Below, in pieces: positions 8,951-18,956 of a stretch of DNA of 64,000 nt (positions are counted from its first letter, which is position 1; each line of letters opens with the position of its first letter). The notes under the pieces were generated by a model that saw only the letters and a program-made list of their open reading frames with translations, had not been told where the DNA came from and did not search any database. The translations under genes and the position numbers were made by a program. The stretch comes from a bacterium (lineage in GTDB: Bacteria > Actinomycetota > Acidimicrobiia > Spongiisociales > JAHEDJ01). Location: contig JAHEDJ010000001.1 of the NCBI GenBank assembly GCA_024641325.1, positions 23,594-87,593 of the forward strand. The letters run 5' to 3'.

Positions 8951-9932
8951 GAAGCTCGATCTGCGCTTTCCAGCCGACGGTTCCGTTCTTTCCATCCAGG
9001 GCCTCGAAATCCGGCCGGGCGATCGGCTGGTCGTCTTTGGACCCAATGGTTCGGGGAAGTCGACGCTGCTCCGGCTCATGGCCGGGACACTGTCGGGAGG
9101 GCCCGCACTCGACTCGACCTACCTACCGCAGCATCCGTATCTGTTTCGGGGAAGTGCCGGATTCAATATGGGCCTTGGCCTGACGACCGAAGAGGCGGTA
9201 AGAGCTCGGTATTTGGCCGATCGGATCGGAGTGGGCGACCTTCTCGAATACGAGGCTTCCTCGTTGAGCGGCGGTGAAGCGCAACGACTGACCCTTGCCA
9301 GGGCCCTGGCGAAACGTCGGCCATGGGTGTTGCTCGACGAACCGCTGTCGGCGCAGGACGAGCGTGATCGATTCGAAATTGCAGCTCTGATAAACAGCGA
9401 GATCGGCGATCGGGGGGCGGTGATCATCACCCACGATCGACAGGAGGCAGCCTTCCTCGGCAATCGGATGGCGGTACTGGTCGGCGGGCGAGTACTCCAG
9501 GAAGGACCGGTGGGCGAGGTGTTCTCGCTTCCGGCAAGTGATGAGGTGGCCGCGGCCGTCGGTATCGGCAATGTCATCGACGGTGAGGCCGTCGACGGCG
9601 AGGGCCCTCTGACTGCGCTTCGAGCAGGGGAGATGACCATCTGGGGAGTGGGCGACGTGAATCGTGGGCAACCCGCCCGGGCCGTATTCGGGGCAGAGGC
9701 GGTGACGCTGTTCCGGGGCCGTGAGGGAGCGGCAGGCAGTGCACGCAACCGGTGGGTCGGTACGGTGACTGAGTTTCGTGATCTCGGCAGATTGGTGGAG
9801 GTTGTTATCGATGTCGGCAGCCGGGTCGTTGCTTTGGTCACACCAGGTTCGCAGGAGGTGCTCCAACTCGGGCCCGGTGCCAAAGTCACTCTGACGGTGA
9901 AAGCGACTGCAGTGAGAGTCAACCTGAGGTGA
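8943..9932 (+). CDS. ABC transporter ATP-binding subunit with C-terminal TOBE domain (TupC/ModC-like)
   Basis: GPNGSGKST, LSGGEAQR, LLDEP, ITHD; SARN..G.V and VKATAV TOBE-like motifs. Confidence 0.85.
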   Translation: MREKLDLRFPADGSVLSIQGLEIRPGDRLVVFGPNGSGKSTLLRLMAGTLSGGPALDSTYLPQHPYLFRGSAGFNMGLGLTTEEAVRARYLADRIGVGDLLEYEASSLSGGEAQRLTLARALAKRRPWVLLDEPLSAQDERDRFEIAALINSEIGDRGAVIITHDRQEAAFLGNRMAVLVGGRVLQEGPVGEVFSLPASDEVAAAVGIGNVIDGEAVDGEGPLTALRAGEMTIWGVGDVNRGQPARAVFGAEAVTLFRGREGAAGSARNRWVGTVTEFRDLGRLVEVVIDVGSRVVALVTPGSQEVLQLGPGAKVTLTVKATAVRVNLR

Positions 9933-10705
9933 AACGGCTTCTCGCGGCGTTGTTCGTGGTGTTGGCGGCCTGTTCCGGTGGTGGGCAGGAGCGGGTGATA
10001 GTCGCCGCCGGGACCACCCTGGTCGACAGTGGCCTTCTCGACGCAGTCGCGCGTATCTTCGAAACCCAGCATCCCGGCATCGACCTGAGCGTTGTTGGGG
10101 AGGCTACGGCTCAGGTGCTCGAACTGGGGAGGCGTGGCGGCGCTGATGTGGTGATCGCCCATGCCCCGGAGCTGGAAGCGAAGTTCATCGAAGACGGCCT
10201 GGCAGCACGCTATGAGCTGGTTCTGTCCAGTACGTTTGTGATCGTCGGCCCTCCGGGCGGGGCTCCTTCCGGAGCCACCTCGGAGGTGTTGAGTGCGCTG
10301 GCCGGAAGTGGGACTCCGTTCGTGAGTCGTGCAGATGGAAGCGGAACCTACGAGGTAGAGCGACGGCTGTGGGCGGCTGCCGGCATCAACCCGGATGGAC
10401 ACGCATGGTATCTCGAGACCGGGCAGGGCATGGGTTTGACTCTGCAAGTCGCCGACCAGCGGAAGGCCTACACGTTGAGCGAGCTGGGGACATTCCTGGC
10501 TGCCTCAGGGTCCCTCTCCCTCGAACCGGTCGAGATCAGTGACCTCCCGCAGAATCCATATCACCTCATTGTCGTAGCGACCTCGCCGGCACGGGCGGCG
10601 GGTGAGCTGTTCCTCGACTGGCTCATCGGGCCGGACGGCCGGGAAGCGATCAGACGAGTGAACCTCGAGCTCTTCGATCAGGTGGTCTACGAGCCCGCCG
10701 GTTGA
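9929..10705 (+). CDS. tupA: Tungstate-type ABC substrate-binding lipoprotein (TupA-like)
   Basis: Lipobox LAAC; DSGLLD, GGADVVIAHAP, FVSR.D.SGT, WY.ETGQGMG.TL, NPY. Confidence 0.8.
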   Translation: MKRLLAALFVVLAACSGGGQERVIVAAGTTLVDSGLLDAVARIFETQHPGIDLSVVGEATAQVLELGRRGGADVVIAHAPELEAKFIEDGLAARYELVLSSTFVIVGPPGGAPSGATSEVLSALAGSGTPFVSRADGSGTYEVERRLWAAAGINPDGHAWYLETGQGMGLTLQVADQRKAYTLSELGTFLAASGSLSLEPVEISDLPQNPYHLIVVATSPARAAGELFLDWLIGPDGREAIRRVNLELFDQVVYEPAG

Positions 10706-10780
10706 TTTCAACCTCCCACAACGTTATCCCGCGGTGATCCCACGCTATATGGGCGTATTCCAGGGCGAGGACAAACAGGG

Positions 10781-11389
10781 TCAGAGCTCGGCGCCGGGGT
10801 TGCTGGGTGCTTCTTCCCAGGCACGAAGGAACTCGGCTGCTTCTGGTGAATTGTGCAGGGCCGCGAAGCGGGCGACCTGAACACCGACGTCACGAAGGCG
10901 TTCGAGGTGGCGAGTGCGGGTCGGAGATTCGGGAGCCAGGGCAGCCGAAGCATCTGGAACGGCGGCCTGCTGGGGGATCACCCACGCATGAAGTGCCCGG
11001 CCGATCGCCCGCAATCCCTGGAGGGCGTGGGAGGCTCCCATCGCGCCACCCGACACACCGACGAGTCCGACGATCTTCCCCTCGAATTCGTCGAATCCCA
11101 TCAGGTCGATGGCGTTCTTCAAGAGTCCGCTGTATCCGCCGTGATACTCGGGGGTGCCGATGATCAACCCGTGTGCCGTCCTCACATCCTCACGGAGGCG
11201 GACAACATCGGGTGAAGAGCTCGTATCGTCCTCGTTGCAGAACGGGAGATCATATTCGCGCAGGTCGACAAGCCGGGTTGCGGCTCCTGATTCCGCCGCT
11301 CCTTCTAGGGCGGCCAGGACTGCAAGTCGAGTCTTGCTATCTTCCCGGAGGCTGCCGACTATGCCGGCAATGATGATTTCCTGGGGCAC
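10781..11389 (-). CDS. NAD(P)H-dependent FMN reductase
   Basis: GSLREDS, TPEYHGGYSGLLKNAID, FEGK.VG motifs. Confidence 0.9.
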   Translation of the reverse strand: MPQEIIIAGIVGSLREDSKTRLAVLAALEGAAESGAATRLVDLREYDLPFCNEDDTSSSPDVVRLREDVRTAHGLIIGTPEYHGGYSGLLKNAIDLMGFDEFEGKIVGLVGVSGGAMGASHALQGLRAIGRALHAWVIPQQAAVPDASAALAPESPTRTRHLERLRDVGVQVARFAALHNSPEAAEFLRAWEEAPSNPGAEL

Positions 11390-11438
11390 GCCGGCACCCT
11401 AGTAGCCGGCCTACGTCTAGTGACCAGCAGCGAATAGC

Positions 11439-12236
11439 TCAACTCCGCGGGAGGATGCGCGCCAGCTGGCGACTCAACGCGACCAGATTCCCTTCTGAGT
11501 CCCAGATTTCGCCGTCTTCCTCGACATGACTCTCGACCAGGAAGCGGGAGATGAACCATGCACGCAGCCAACCTGGTGCCGGTTTGGCACGGAAGTGGAT
11601 TGTGAGTTCGATTGTCGGCACCCAGCCGAACCGATCGAGGTTGAGAACCGTCGGGGGAAAGGCATCTGCGAAAAAGGCAAGTGAAAGCAGGTCGGGCGGG
11701 CGTCCATCTGCGAAACGAATCCATCCTCCGGTCTCGGGACGCCCGACAGGTTCTCCGACTGCTCCTCCGGCAACGCTCGGCTCGAGCCGAGCGTCCACCC
11801 GGTGGTGAAGCTCGAGTGCTGCGAGGCCGCCTTCGTTTCGAACGCACCCGTCCGGAGGCGGCATGGGTGGAGGTGCAGCGGTGACGAAGGTGGGTCCCTC
11901 CGAAGCGTCGAGGTCTCCGTAGGTGGCCAGCATTCTGAGTCTCTCACGACCGTCCTGAAGCAATCGTGCGCAGGCCGTCGACAGGGTCCGGCCCCGCCTC
12001 AGGACTTCGACCTCGATGGTGGCCGGCGCCCCCGAGTTGACACGCCCGAGGTAATGGCTCGTGACCGTCAGCGGATCGGGATGAGGCAACTCACGACCGA
12101 CGGCCGACAGAGCAACGGCAGTGAGATAGCCGCCGTTGGGAATGGTGCCGATGTTCCACCCCGTCGAGATCTCGGCCGACCATGCGCCGTCACCCAGCGG
12201 CGTAACCGCCGTGTCGCGATCGAACTCGAACGGCAC
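11439..12236 (-). CDS. Acyl-CoA thioesterase (TesB-like double hotdog)
   Basis: W.IG..PNGGY, DAFPP, WVPTIELT.H, EEDGEIWD..G.LVA.SRQLA. Confidence 0.85.
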   Translation of the reverse strand: MPFEFDRDTAVTPLGDGAWSAEISTGWNIGTIPNGGYLTAVALSAVGRELPHPDPLTVTSHYLGRVNSGAPATIEVEVLRRGRTLSTACARLLQDGRERLRMLATYGDLDASEGPTFVTAAPPPMPPPDGCVRNEGGLAALELHHRVDARLEPSVAGGAVGEPVGRPETGGWIRFADGRPPDLLSLAFFADAFPPTVLNLDRFGWVPTIELTIHFRAKPAPGWLRAWFISRFLVESHVEEDGEIWDSEGNLVALSRQLARILPRS

Positions 12237-12677
12237 CTAGGGGACCACTACCACAGGGCAGTTGGAGTAGTGGACGAGTCGGTCGGCAACGGATCCCATG
12301 ACAAAGCGCTCTATCAGCCCGGCGCCGCGCCGGCCGATGACCAGCAGGTCGGCGTCGACGTCGTCGCAGTAGTGCACGATTGCTCCGGCAGGGTCGCCCA
12401 GTTCCTCGTTCACCTGATAGTCGATACCCTCGAGGTCGACCTCGCGGATGGTGCGGTCCAGAACCTCCTTCTGTGCTTCGACCAACGATTCGGACAATGC
12501 TCTGGCAGGCGGTGGCGCTCCACCGATGCCCCACCAACCCTCAGGCGGGCGCACCACCGTGAGGATGTGCAGCTTGGATCCGTTGCGCCTCGCCATCTCG
12601 GCTGCCAAACGAGTGGCTTCGATGCTGCGGTCCGAACCATCGACCGCGGCCACGATCACATTCGGTGCCCAGACCAT
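12237..12677 (-). CDS. Universal stress protein
   Basis: IVAAVDGS..S, GDPA..I, DLLVIGRRG....MGSVA..LV....CPVVVVP. Confidence 0.92.
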   Translation of the reverse strand: MVWAPNVIVAAVDGSDRSIEATRLAAEMARRNGSKLHILTVVRPPEGWWGIGGAPPPARALSESLVEAQKEVLDRTIREVDLEGIDYQVNEELGDPAGAIVHYCDDVDADLLVIGRRGAGLIERFVMGSVADRLVHYSNCPVVVVP

Positions 12678-12788
12678 CTTCGACCTCCTATCTACCTCTA
12701 TCTCACTCTACGTCGTGCCGGCTTCGAACGGCGGGTTTGGTATGCGTCGCACTGTGGGGCAAGATTGATCGTTGAGGAGGTAGAGCCC

Positions 12789-14375
12789 ATGCGGCCCAAA
12801 GTTGTGATTGCCGAGACTATCTCGCAAACCGGGATCGATGCCCTCGGTGAGCACTGTGCTGTGGATGTGGCTGCCGGCGTCGACCGGGCCGACTTGTTGG
12901 ACCGGGTGGCCGACGCCGATGGATTGATCGTTAGGTCGGAGACACAGGTCGATGCCGAATTGATTCAGGCTGCTCCCGGCCTCCGTGTGGTGGGTCGAGC
13001 CGGGGTGGGAGTCGACAACATCGACCTTCGAGCTGCGACAGCCGCCGGAATCCTGGTGGTGAACGCTCCGCAAGCCAACATCATCAGCGCTGCAGAACAC
13101 ACGATGGCTCTGCTGCTCGCGCAAGCTCGCAACGTCGCCTCCGCAGATGCAAGCATGCGGGCGGGTCGCTGGGATCGGAAGAAGTACCAGGGCATCGAAC
13201 TGCACGGTAAGACACTCGGTGTTATCGGTCTCGGCCGGATCGGATCGCTTGTTGCTCAACGGGCGCTGTCGTTCGGGATGCGTCTCATCGCTTTCGATCC
13301 CTATGTCTCGTCTGAACGCGGACGTCGGCTCGGCGTTGAAGTCGCCGACCGTCTCGACGACTTGCTGGCCGAGGCGGATTTCATCACCGTTCATCTTCCC
13401 CGCAACAAGCAGACCCTCGGTCTGATCGGGAACGAGAACATCGCCAAAATGAAGGACGGCGTGCGAATTATCAATGCCTCGCGCGGTGGCATCGTCGACG
13501 AGCAAGCTCTGGTCGAAGCCGTACTGTCCGGCAAGGTGGCAGGCGCAGCCCTGGACGTGTTCGACCGGGAGCCTCTGGCAGACAGCCCTTTGCGAGACGT
13601 CCCTGAGATCGTCCTGACTCCTCATCTGGGCGCATCGACTGTCGAAGCGCAGGACAAAGCAGGGGTCGATGTCGCTAATGCGGTTGGCGCCGCATTGCGC
13701 GGCGAACTGGTCCTCTCTGCCGTCAACGTGGATCTCGGTCGGGACGTGGCGGACGAAACCCGCGAGTTTCTCGGCGTCGCCGAGTACCTGGGGGCCATCT
13801 TCTGTCGCGTCGCCCAGGGTCTTCCCGACCGCCTCGTGGTGAGAACCGAGGGCCGGATCGCCGGTTTCCCGATCAGGCCGTTGCGGTTGTCGGCGCTGAA
13901 AGGAGCTTTCAACGTCATAAGCTCCGCACCCGTCTCGTTCGTCAATGTCGAGGCTCTGGCTGCCCAGAGTGGCCTGGCAGTGGAGGAGGAGGCGTCGACG
14001 GAGTCCGACGAGTTCGTTTCGCTGCTGCGCCTCTCAGGTGTCGTAGGCGGCCGGGTTGTGTCGATCGCAGGGACCATCGGGCGCAAGGGTCCGCACCTGG
14101 TTTCGATTTTCGGACACGACGTGGAGCTGTTGATGTCTCGCCACATGTTGCTGATCCGCAACTCGGACGTGCCGGGCGTGATCGGACGGGTCGGCACCTA
14201 TCTGGGAGACATCCACGTAAACATCGCCAACATGGCAGTTGGCCAATCACCCGAGACGGGTAGCGCCGCGATGATGGGCCTCAGTCTTGACAAGGCACTC
14301 GATGAGCAGCAGATGGCCGGGCTCAGAGCGCTGGAAGGTGTCGAAGAAGCGCAGCAGGTGGAGCTTCCCATCTAG
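12789..14375 (+). CDS. serA: D-3-phosphoglycerate dehydrogenase (with ASB and ACT domains)
   Basis: SD GAGGAGG then ATG 12789; GRAGVGVDNID, GLGRIG, TPHLGASTVEAQ, C-terminal ACT N.DVPGVIG. The longer ORF-track start overlaps other genes. Confidence 0.95.
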   Translation: MRPKVVIAETISQTGIDALGEHCAVDVAAGVDRADLLDRVADADGLIVRSETQVDAELIQAAPGLRVVGRAGVGVDNIDLRAATAAGILVVNAPQANIISAAEHTMALLLAQARNVASADASMRAGRWDRKKYQGIELHGKTLGVIGLGRIGSLVAQRALSFGMRLIAFDPYVSSERGRRLGVEVADRLDDLLAEADFITVHLPRNKQTLGLIGNENIAKMKDGVRIINASRGGIVDEQALVEAVLSGKVAGAALDVFDREPLADSPLRDVPEIVLTPHLGASTVEAQDKAGVDVANAVGAALRGELVLSAVNVDLGRDVADETREFLGVAEYLGAIFCRVAQGLPDRLVVRTEGRIAGFPIRPLRLSALKGAFNVISSAPVSFVNVEALAAQSGLAVEEEASTESDEFVSLLRLSGVVGGRVVSIAGTIGRKGPHLVSIFGHDVELLMSRHMLLIRNSDVPGVIGRVGTYLGDIHVNIANMAVGQSPETGSAAMMGLSLDKALDEQQMAGLRALEGVEEAQQVELPI

Positions 14376-14420
14376 CGAGCGTATGCGCGGGTGGGAGGTA
14401 GCAGACGGTCGTTGTACGTT

Positions 14421-14867
14421 TTACGTGAGTACCCGGAACGCCCATCCCGCAGCCAGCCCGTACAGGCCCGCCACAAGGTCGTCCGCCGTGATTCCCCAGC
14501 CGCCACGGAGCCGTTCTGCTACTCCGACTCCCGGGGTCTGTTTGAAGATATCGGCGATACGAAAGACGACGAAGGCGACGGCTGCGGACCAACCCAACAA
14601 CCCGATAGTGGCCAGGAACATACCGGCCGCTTCGTCTACCACAACCCAGGCCGGATCACCCTCATCTGCGAAGTGACCGGAAGCCCAGACCGACACGGCC
14701 GAAACGGTGACCGCGGCCAGCGCTTGAACCCACCAGCCCATTACTCCGAATCCAATAGACATCAGTAGCGCCAATGCAGCGCCGATGGTGCCGGCTCCGG
14801 TATCGGAACCACGCATTGCTCGCAAGAGCAGGCCGGATCCGAACCATGAGGCGATAAGTCGTGGCAT
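14421..14867 (-). CDS. pgpA: Phosphatidylglycerophosphatase A family
   Basis: ASWFGSG, GT.GA, DP..VVVDE..G, FRIADIFK, GGWGITADDLVAG. Confidence 0.88.
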   Translation of the reverse strand: MPRLIASWFGSGLLLRAMRGSDTGAGTIGAALALLMSIGFGVMGWWVQALAAVTVSAVSVWASGHFADEGDPAWVVVDEAAGMFLATIGLLGWSAAVAFVVFRIADIFKQTPGVGVAERLRGGWGITADDLVAGLYGLAAGWAFRVLT

Positions 14868-14877
14868 TGGCGGGAGG

Positions 14878-15402
14878 CTAATCGCCATCGGCCGCCGGCT
14901 TGTGACCGTGTGCCCACGTCGCATAGCCGAGTGCAATGAATCCGAACAGCATCAACTGGGGGGCTAGAACGCCCCCCGTGGCGGTCAGTGATGGGAGCAG
15001 GCGTTTCCACGGCCCCAGTGTCCCCATTCTCCAGGCGGCGAAGCCAAGCAGACCGAGGCCGACGGGGAGCAAGATCAGGAAGCCGGGGGCAATTGCAGCA
15101 AGTGACGCATAATCAACGAGCGAGTCGTCCCCCCGCGCCTCTCCGTAGGCTGCCACGACGTAGCCCATGGTCACCAGAAGCACTGCCACCTCAGCGATCC
15201 AGAAGCCGGCCGTCATGATCGAGGTCCGACCCTCGGAGTGAATGGCCAGTAATCCATGGACGCCCCATCCGAGGAGAGGAGCGAAGAAGGCTGATGCTGC
15301 GAATGCGACCAGATCGCTCTGGAAGCCCGCGACCACGAGAATGAGCGCCGCCCCTGCTGCGCCGGCTACTCCCGCGGCTCGGCTCGATTGTGCATTGATC
15401 AT
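14878..15402 (-). CDS. Hypothetical membrane protein
   Basis: About 174 aa with 5-6 hydrophobic segments; start uncertain (ATG 15402 or GTG 15414). Confidence 0.6.
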   Translation of the reverse strand: MINAQSSRAAGVAGAAGAALILVVAGFQSDLVAFAASAFFAPLLGWGVHGLLAIHSEGRTSIMTAGFWIAEVAVLLVTMGYVVAAYGEARGDDSLVDYASLAAIAPGFLILLPVGLGLLGFAAWRMGTLGPWKRLLPSLTATGGVLAPQLMLFGFIALGYATWAHGHKPAADGD

Positions 15403-15595
15403 GGGTTCACTCACATAACCAGCTGTTGTTCGGTCGAGTGCACGGTAACCAAAACGTGGCCGGCAGCCACACGGTGGGCTATGGGCCTCTTCCAACAGCC
15501 GGACGCCTCTGCAGGCGGTCAACGCCGGATTGCCCCAATCGGTGACCCCTCCACTTGCCACTAGATTCTCAAATGCAGAACCTCGAAAGGACATC

Positions 15596-17515
15596 ATGCA
15601 GTCTTCCGATCTCGCCCGTCTCGCCGTTCCTTCGGACCCGCAAATCAGTCCGGACGGCTCCCGGATTGCGTTCGTGGTGTCCCACCCATCCGTCGAGCAA
15701 GATCGCTACAACCGATCGATCTGGGTTTGGGACGGAGAATCCGCCCGACCCTTCACCCATGGTCCTTCCGACTTCAATCCGCGCTGGTCTCCCGACGGAG
15801 AGTCCCTGGCGTTTCTGCGCGGAGGAGAAACGCCAGAACAGCGGCCACAGGCGGCGGTGATGCCGGCCGGCGGTGGCGAGGGCAGAAAACTCACGGAGAT
15901 TCCTCTGGGATGTGAGGAGTTGGAGTGGTCCCCCGATGGTTCGGCACTTGCGGTCGTCGGGGTCTCGTATGTAGATGAGTGGTCGGATCTCAACGATGAA
16001 GAGCGCGCCCGCAAGCCTCGTCGCGTGACGGATGTGCCGTTTCGATTCGACAACATGGGTTGGACGCACGACCGCAAGCGGCACGTGTGGCTCGTCGGTG
16101 CCGATGGAGACACCGAACCCCGCTGTTTGACCGAAGGCGAGCATGATGAACGGTTCATTGCCTGGCGGCCGGATGGCTCTGCGGTCGCGTTTTACACAGA
16201 TCGATCTCCGCGGCGGGCGTTCGAGGACGGCGCCGACCTGTTCGAAGTCGATATCGAGACCGGGGAGCTGAGACGAATCGCCGACCGCGGCTCTTGGGCC
16301 TTTCCGACTTTCAGGCCGGACGGGCGGCTCCACGCAGTCGGTGATCCGGTCCCCGGCAGCTGGCCGAACTTGATCTCCGTCTGGAGATTCGATCCAGAAC
16401 CCGTGGATTTGACCGGTCACCTCGACCGCAATGTCTACTCGATGACTCTCGGTGTGACACCGCGTGGCCCCCAGTGGCACGGCGGCTCCTTCTTTTCGGT
16501 CATCGAGGATGCGGGTCGTGTCGGCGTTGTCAGAGTGCATGAAAACGGGGTGGTAGACCATCTCGTCGACGGCGACCGAGCGGTGAAAGGCCTGACCGTC
16601 GACGGTGCCGGTCGACGCCTCGCCATGATCATCAGCAGTCCAACCGATCCGGGGGAGGTCTATCTCTGGGAGGACGGCGAGGAGCGTTGCCTCACCGACC
16701 TGAACGCCGAGTTCCGTGAGCGGGTACCGATGGTCGAACCGGAGCACTTCCACGTTGTCTCCGGCGGTATCGAAGTGGATGCATGGGCCTACTTACCACC
16801 CGGTGAGGAGAGCGTCCCGGTGCTGCTCAACATCCACGGCGGTCCAGCCAGCCAGTACGGATGGGGTTTCTTCGACGAATTCCAGGTGTTTGCAGGCGCC
16901 GGCTACGCGGTTGTTGCGTGTAACCCACGAGGCTCGACTGGTCGGGGATTGGAGCATGTCAGGGCCGTTGTCGGAGATGGATGGGGGGTTGTCGACGTCG
17001 AGGACGTCACGAACACGATCGAGGAAGCGCTCCGCAGATATCCGCGCCTCGACCCGGAACGAATCGGTGTGATGGGGGGTTCCTACGGCGGGTTCCTCAC
17101 CGCCTGGTTGATTGCCAAGGACCATCGCTACGCATCTGCAGTGGTGGAGCGAGCGCTGCTCTCGTTCACATCGTTCGCCGGTACATCCGATATCGGCGCC
17201 ACGTTCCCGAAGGCCTATGCGGGAGTCGATCTGGTTGAAGATCCCGACATCCTCTGGCAGAAGAGCCCGTTGGCGATCGCAGACCAAATCCAAACTCCAA
17301 CACTCATCCTCCACTCTGAGAACGACTTCCGCTGCCCGATCGAGCAGGCCGAGCAGCTATTCGTGATCTTGAAACGGCAGGAAGTCGATACCGAGTTCCT
17401 TCGTTTCCCCGGTGAAGGCCACGAGTTGTCTCGCTCCGGCAAGCCGAAACACCGGCAAGAGAGATTTGATGCAATCCTCGATTGGCACGGGCGCAAGCTG
17501 ACCTCCGCCGGGTAG
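15596..17515 (+). CDS. S9 family peptidase (acylaminoacyl/dipeptidyl aminopeptidase)
   Basis: Propeller repeats WSPDG, IHGGP, NPRGS.G.G, nucleophile GGSYGG, D.RCP, EGHELSRSG; SD AAAGGA. Confidence 0.93.
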   Translation: MQSSDLARLAVPSDPQISPDGSRIAFVVSHPSVEQDRYNRSIWVWDGESARPFTHGPSDFNPRWSPDGESLAFLRGGETPEQRPQAAVMPAGGGEGRKLTEIPLGCEELEWSPDGSALAVVGVSYVDEWSDLNDEERARKPRRVTDVPFRFDNMGWTHDRKRHVWLVGADGDTEPRCLTEGEHDERFIAWRPDGSAVAFYTDRSPRRAFEDGADLFEVDIETGELRRIADRGSWAFPTFRPDGRLHAVGDPVPGSWPNLISVWRFDPEPVDLTGHLDRNVYSMTLGVTPRGPQWHGGSFFSVIEDAGRVGVVRVHENGVVDHLVDGDRAVKGLTVDGAGRRLAMIISSPTDPGEVYLWEDGEERCLTDLNAEFRERVPMVEPEHFHVVSGGIEVDAWAYLPPGEESVPVLLNIHGGPASQYGWGFFDEFQVFAGAGYAVVACNPRGSTGRGLEHVRAVVGDGWGVVDVEDVTNTIEEALRRYPRLDPERIGVMGGSYGGFLTAWLIAKDHRYASAVVERALLSFTSFAGTSDIGATFPKAYAGVDLVEDPDILWQKSPLAIADQIQTPTLILHSENDFRCPIEQAEQLFVILKRQEVDTEFLRFPGEGHELSRSGKPKHRQERFDAILDWHGRKLTSAG

Positions 17516-17527
17516 ACCTGCGAAGAT

Positions 17528-18448
17528 ATGCCAATGGAGAATTCGCAGTTCATATGGATGGACGGGGAGTTGGTGGCGTGGGAAGACGCGCAAGTGCATG
17601 CGCTCAGTCACGGACTTCACTACGGCACCGGGGTTTTCGAGGGGATACGCGCCTACGAGACGGCCAACGGCCCCGGTGTATTCCGCCTGACCGAGCACAT
17701 GGAACGGCTGCATCGGTCGGCCGCCGCTTACGGCATTCCCCTCGAATGGTCGGTCGGACAACTGGTCAATGCGACGCGGGAGGTGGTGAAGGTCAACTCG
17801 CTTCCATCGGCCTACATACGGCCGCTGGTAACGCTCGGAACCGGATCGCTGAGCCTGGATCCGAGGGCCTGTTCGACGGTCACGGTCATCGCCGCCTGGC
17901 AGTGGGGCGCCTACCTCGGCGACGAGGGGGTCAAGAACGGGATTTCGGTAGGTGTCTCCTCCTGGAGGCGGTTCTCTGAATCCACGCTCATCGCAAACGC
18001 CAAGGGAACAGGCGGATACTTGAACTCGGTGCAAGCGAAGCTCGAAGCCCTGCGCGCTGGTTTCGATGAGGCGATCATGTTGAATACCGACGGACTCGTT
18101 GCCGAGGGCAGCGGCGAGAACCTGTTCCTGGTCCGCGACGGCGGTGTCCTGACTCCGCCTGTGACGGCCGGAATTCTGGACGGGATCACCAGGCGTTCAG
18201 TAATGCAACTCCTGCGTGATGACGGCATCGAAGTCAGCGAGGTTTCGCTGTCACGTAGCGATCTCTACTACGCCGACGAAATGTTCTTCACCGGGACCGC
18301 TGCCGAAGTGACTCCCATCCGGTCGATCGACCATCGACGGGTCGGCAACGGGCACCCGGGGCCGATCACGCTTCGTGCCCAGGACTTGTTCAGGCAAGCG
18401 GTTACCGGCAAACTCGAGGCATATCAGAACTGGCTTGATTTCGTCTAG
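17528..18448 (+). CDS. ilvE: Branched-chain amino acid aminotransferase
   Basis: LHYGTGVFEGIRAY, YIRP, AK..GGYLNS, EGSGENLF, LDGITR, GTAAEVTP. Confidence 0.95.
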   Translation: MPMENSQFIWMDGELVAWEDAQVHALSHGLHYGTGVFEGIRAYETANGPGVFRLTEHMERLHRSAAAYGIPLEWSVGQLVNATREVVKVNSLPSAYIRPLVTLGTGSLSLDPRACSTVTVIAAWQWGAYLGDEGVKNGISVGVSSWRRFSESTLIANAKGTGGYLNSVQAKLEALRAGFDEAIMLNTDGLVAEGSGENLFLVRDGGVLTPPVTAGILDGITRRSVMQLLRDDGIEVSEVSLSRSDLYYADEMFFTGTAAEVTPIRSIDHRRVGNGHPGPITLRAQDLFRQAVTGKLEAYQNWLDFV

Positions 18449-18458
18449 GAGATCACAA

Positions 18459-18956
18459 ATGGGTCAACAGCCCAATATCGAATTCGACGCCGACCGCATC
18501 CCCCGGTCCACTCCCGAACCCGGTGCTGCGCGTGGCTGGAAACCAAATCGGCCGGGAGAAATCAACTCGCCGAACGACATGCCAACCGGAGGTGTGTTTG
18601 GCAATCCAAGCCCAGACACAGGATGGGTAGTCAAGCTCGTTGCGCAGGCGGAGTTCGATCGGTCATCGACCGCCCTGGAGAGCGTGGTCGCCACGATCGC
18701 GTCCGTCCGCGCGTCAGTGTTCGGCCGCGGCCCTGTTCCGGACGACGTCGAGGCCGCCCTGATCGTTCTCGGCTTGCGGACCGACGGAATGCCGGCCGAA
18801 ACACAGGAGCGTCTGGCTCAGCAGCGATCGATCTGGCTGAGCAAGGTTCCTCACGAAGTCGTGCGGGGCCGGTCGGTCCTCGACGATATCGACCGGAAGT
18901 TCTTGCATCGGCCCCTCGACGAGATACGCCGTGGGATAGTCGAACAAACCGCCTGA
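18459..18956 (+). CDS. Hypothetical protein
   Basis: SD AGGAG then ATG 18459; coupled to neighbouring genes; W.PNRPGE and G.PSPD.GW look like conserved motifs. Confidence 0.7.
   Translation: MGQQPNIEFDADRIPRSTPEPGAARGWKPNRPGEINSPNDMPTGGVFGNPSPDTGWVVKLVAQAEFDRSSTALESVVATIASVRASVFGRGPVPDDVEAALIVLGLRTDGMPAETQERLAQQRSIWLSKVPHEVVRGRSVLDDIDRKFLHRPLDEIRRGIVEQTA

Noticed and set aside
9119-10447. Long antisense or alternate-frame ORFs (also 15569-16753, 33039-34304, 42119-43384, 55947-57041, 39818-40249)
   Set aside because: These are typical high-GC shadow ORFs opposite well-supported genes, Arg/Pro/Gly-rich and without motifs.
11802-12788. 857-aa ORF suggesting an N-terminally extended SerA fusion
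   Set aside because: The extension is antisense to the thioesterase and USP genes; a strong SD precedes ATG 12789.
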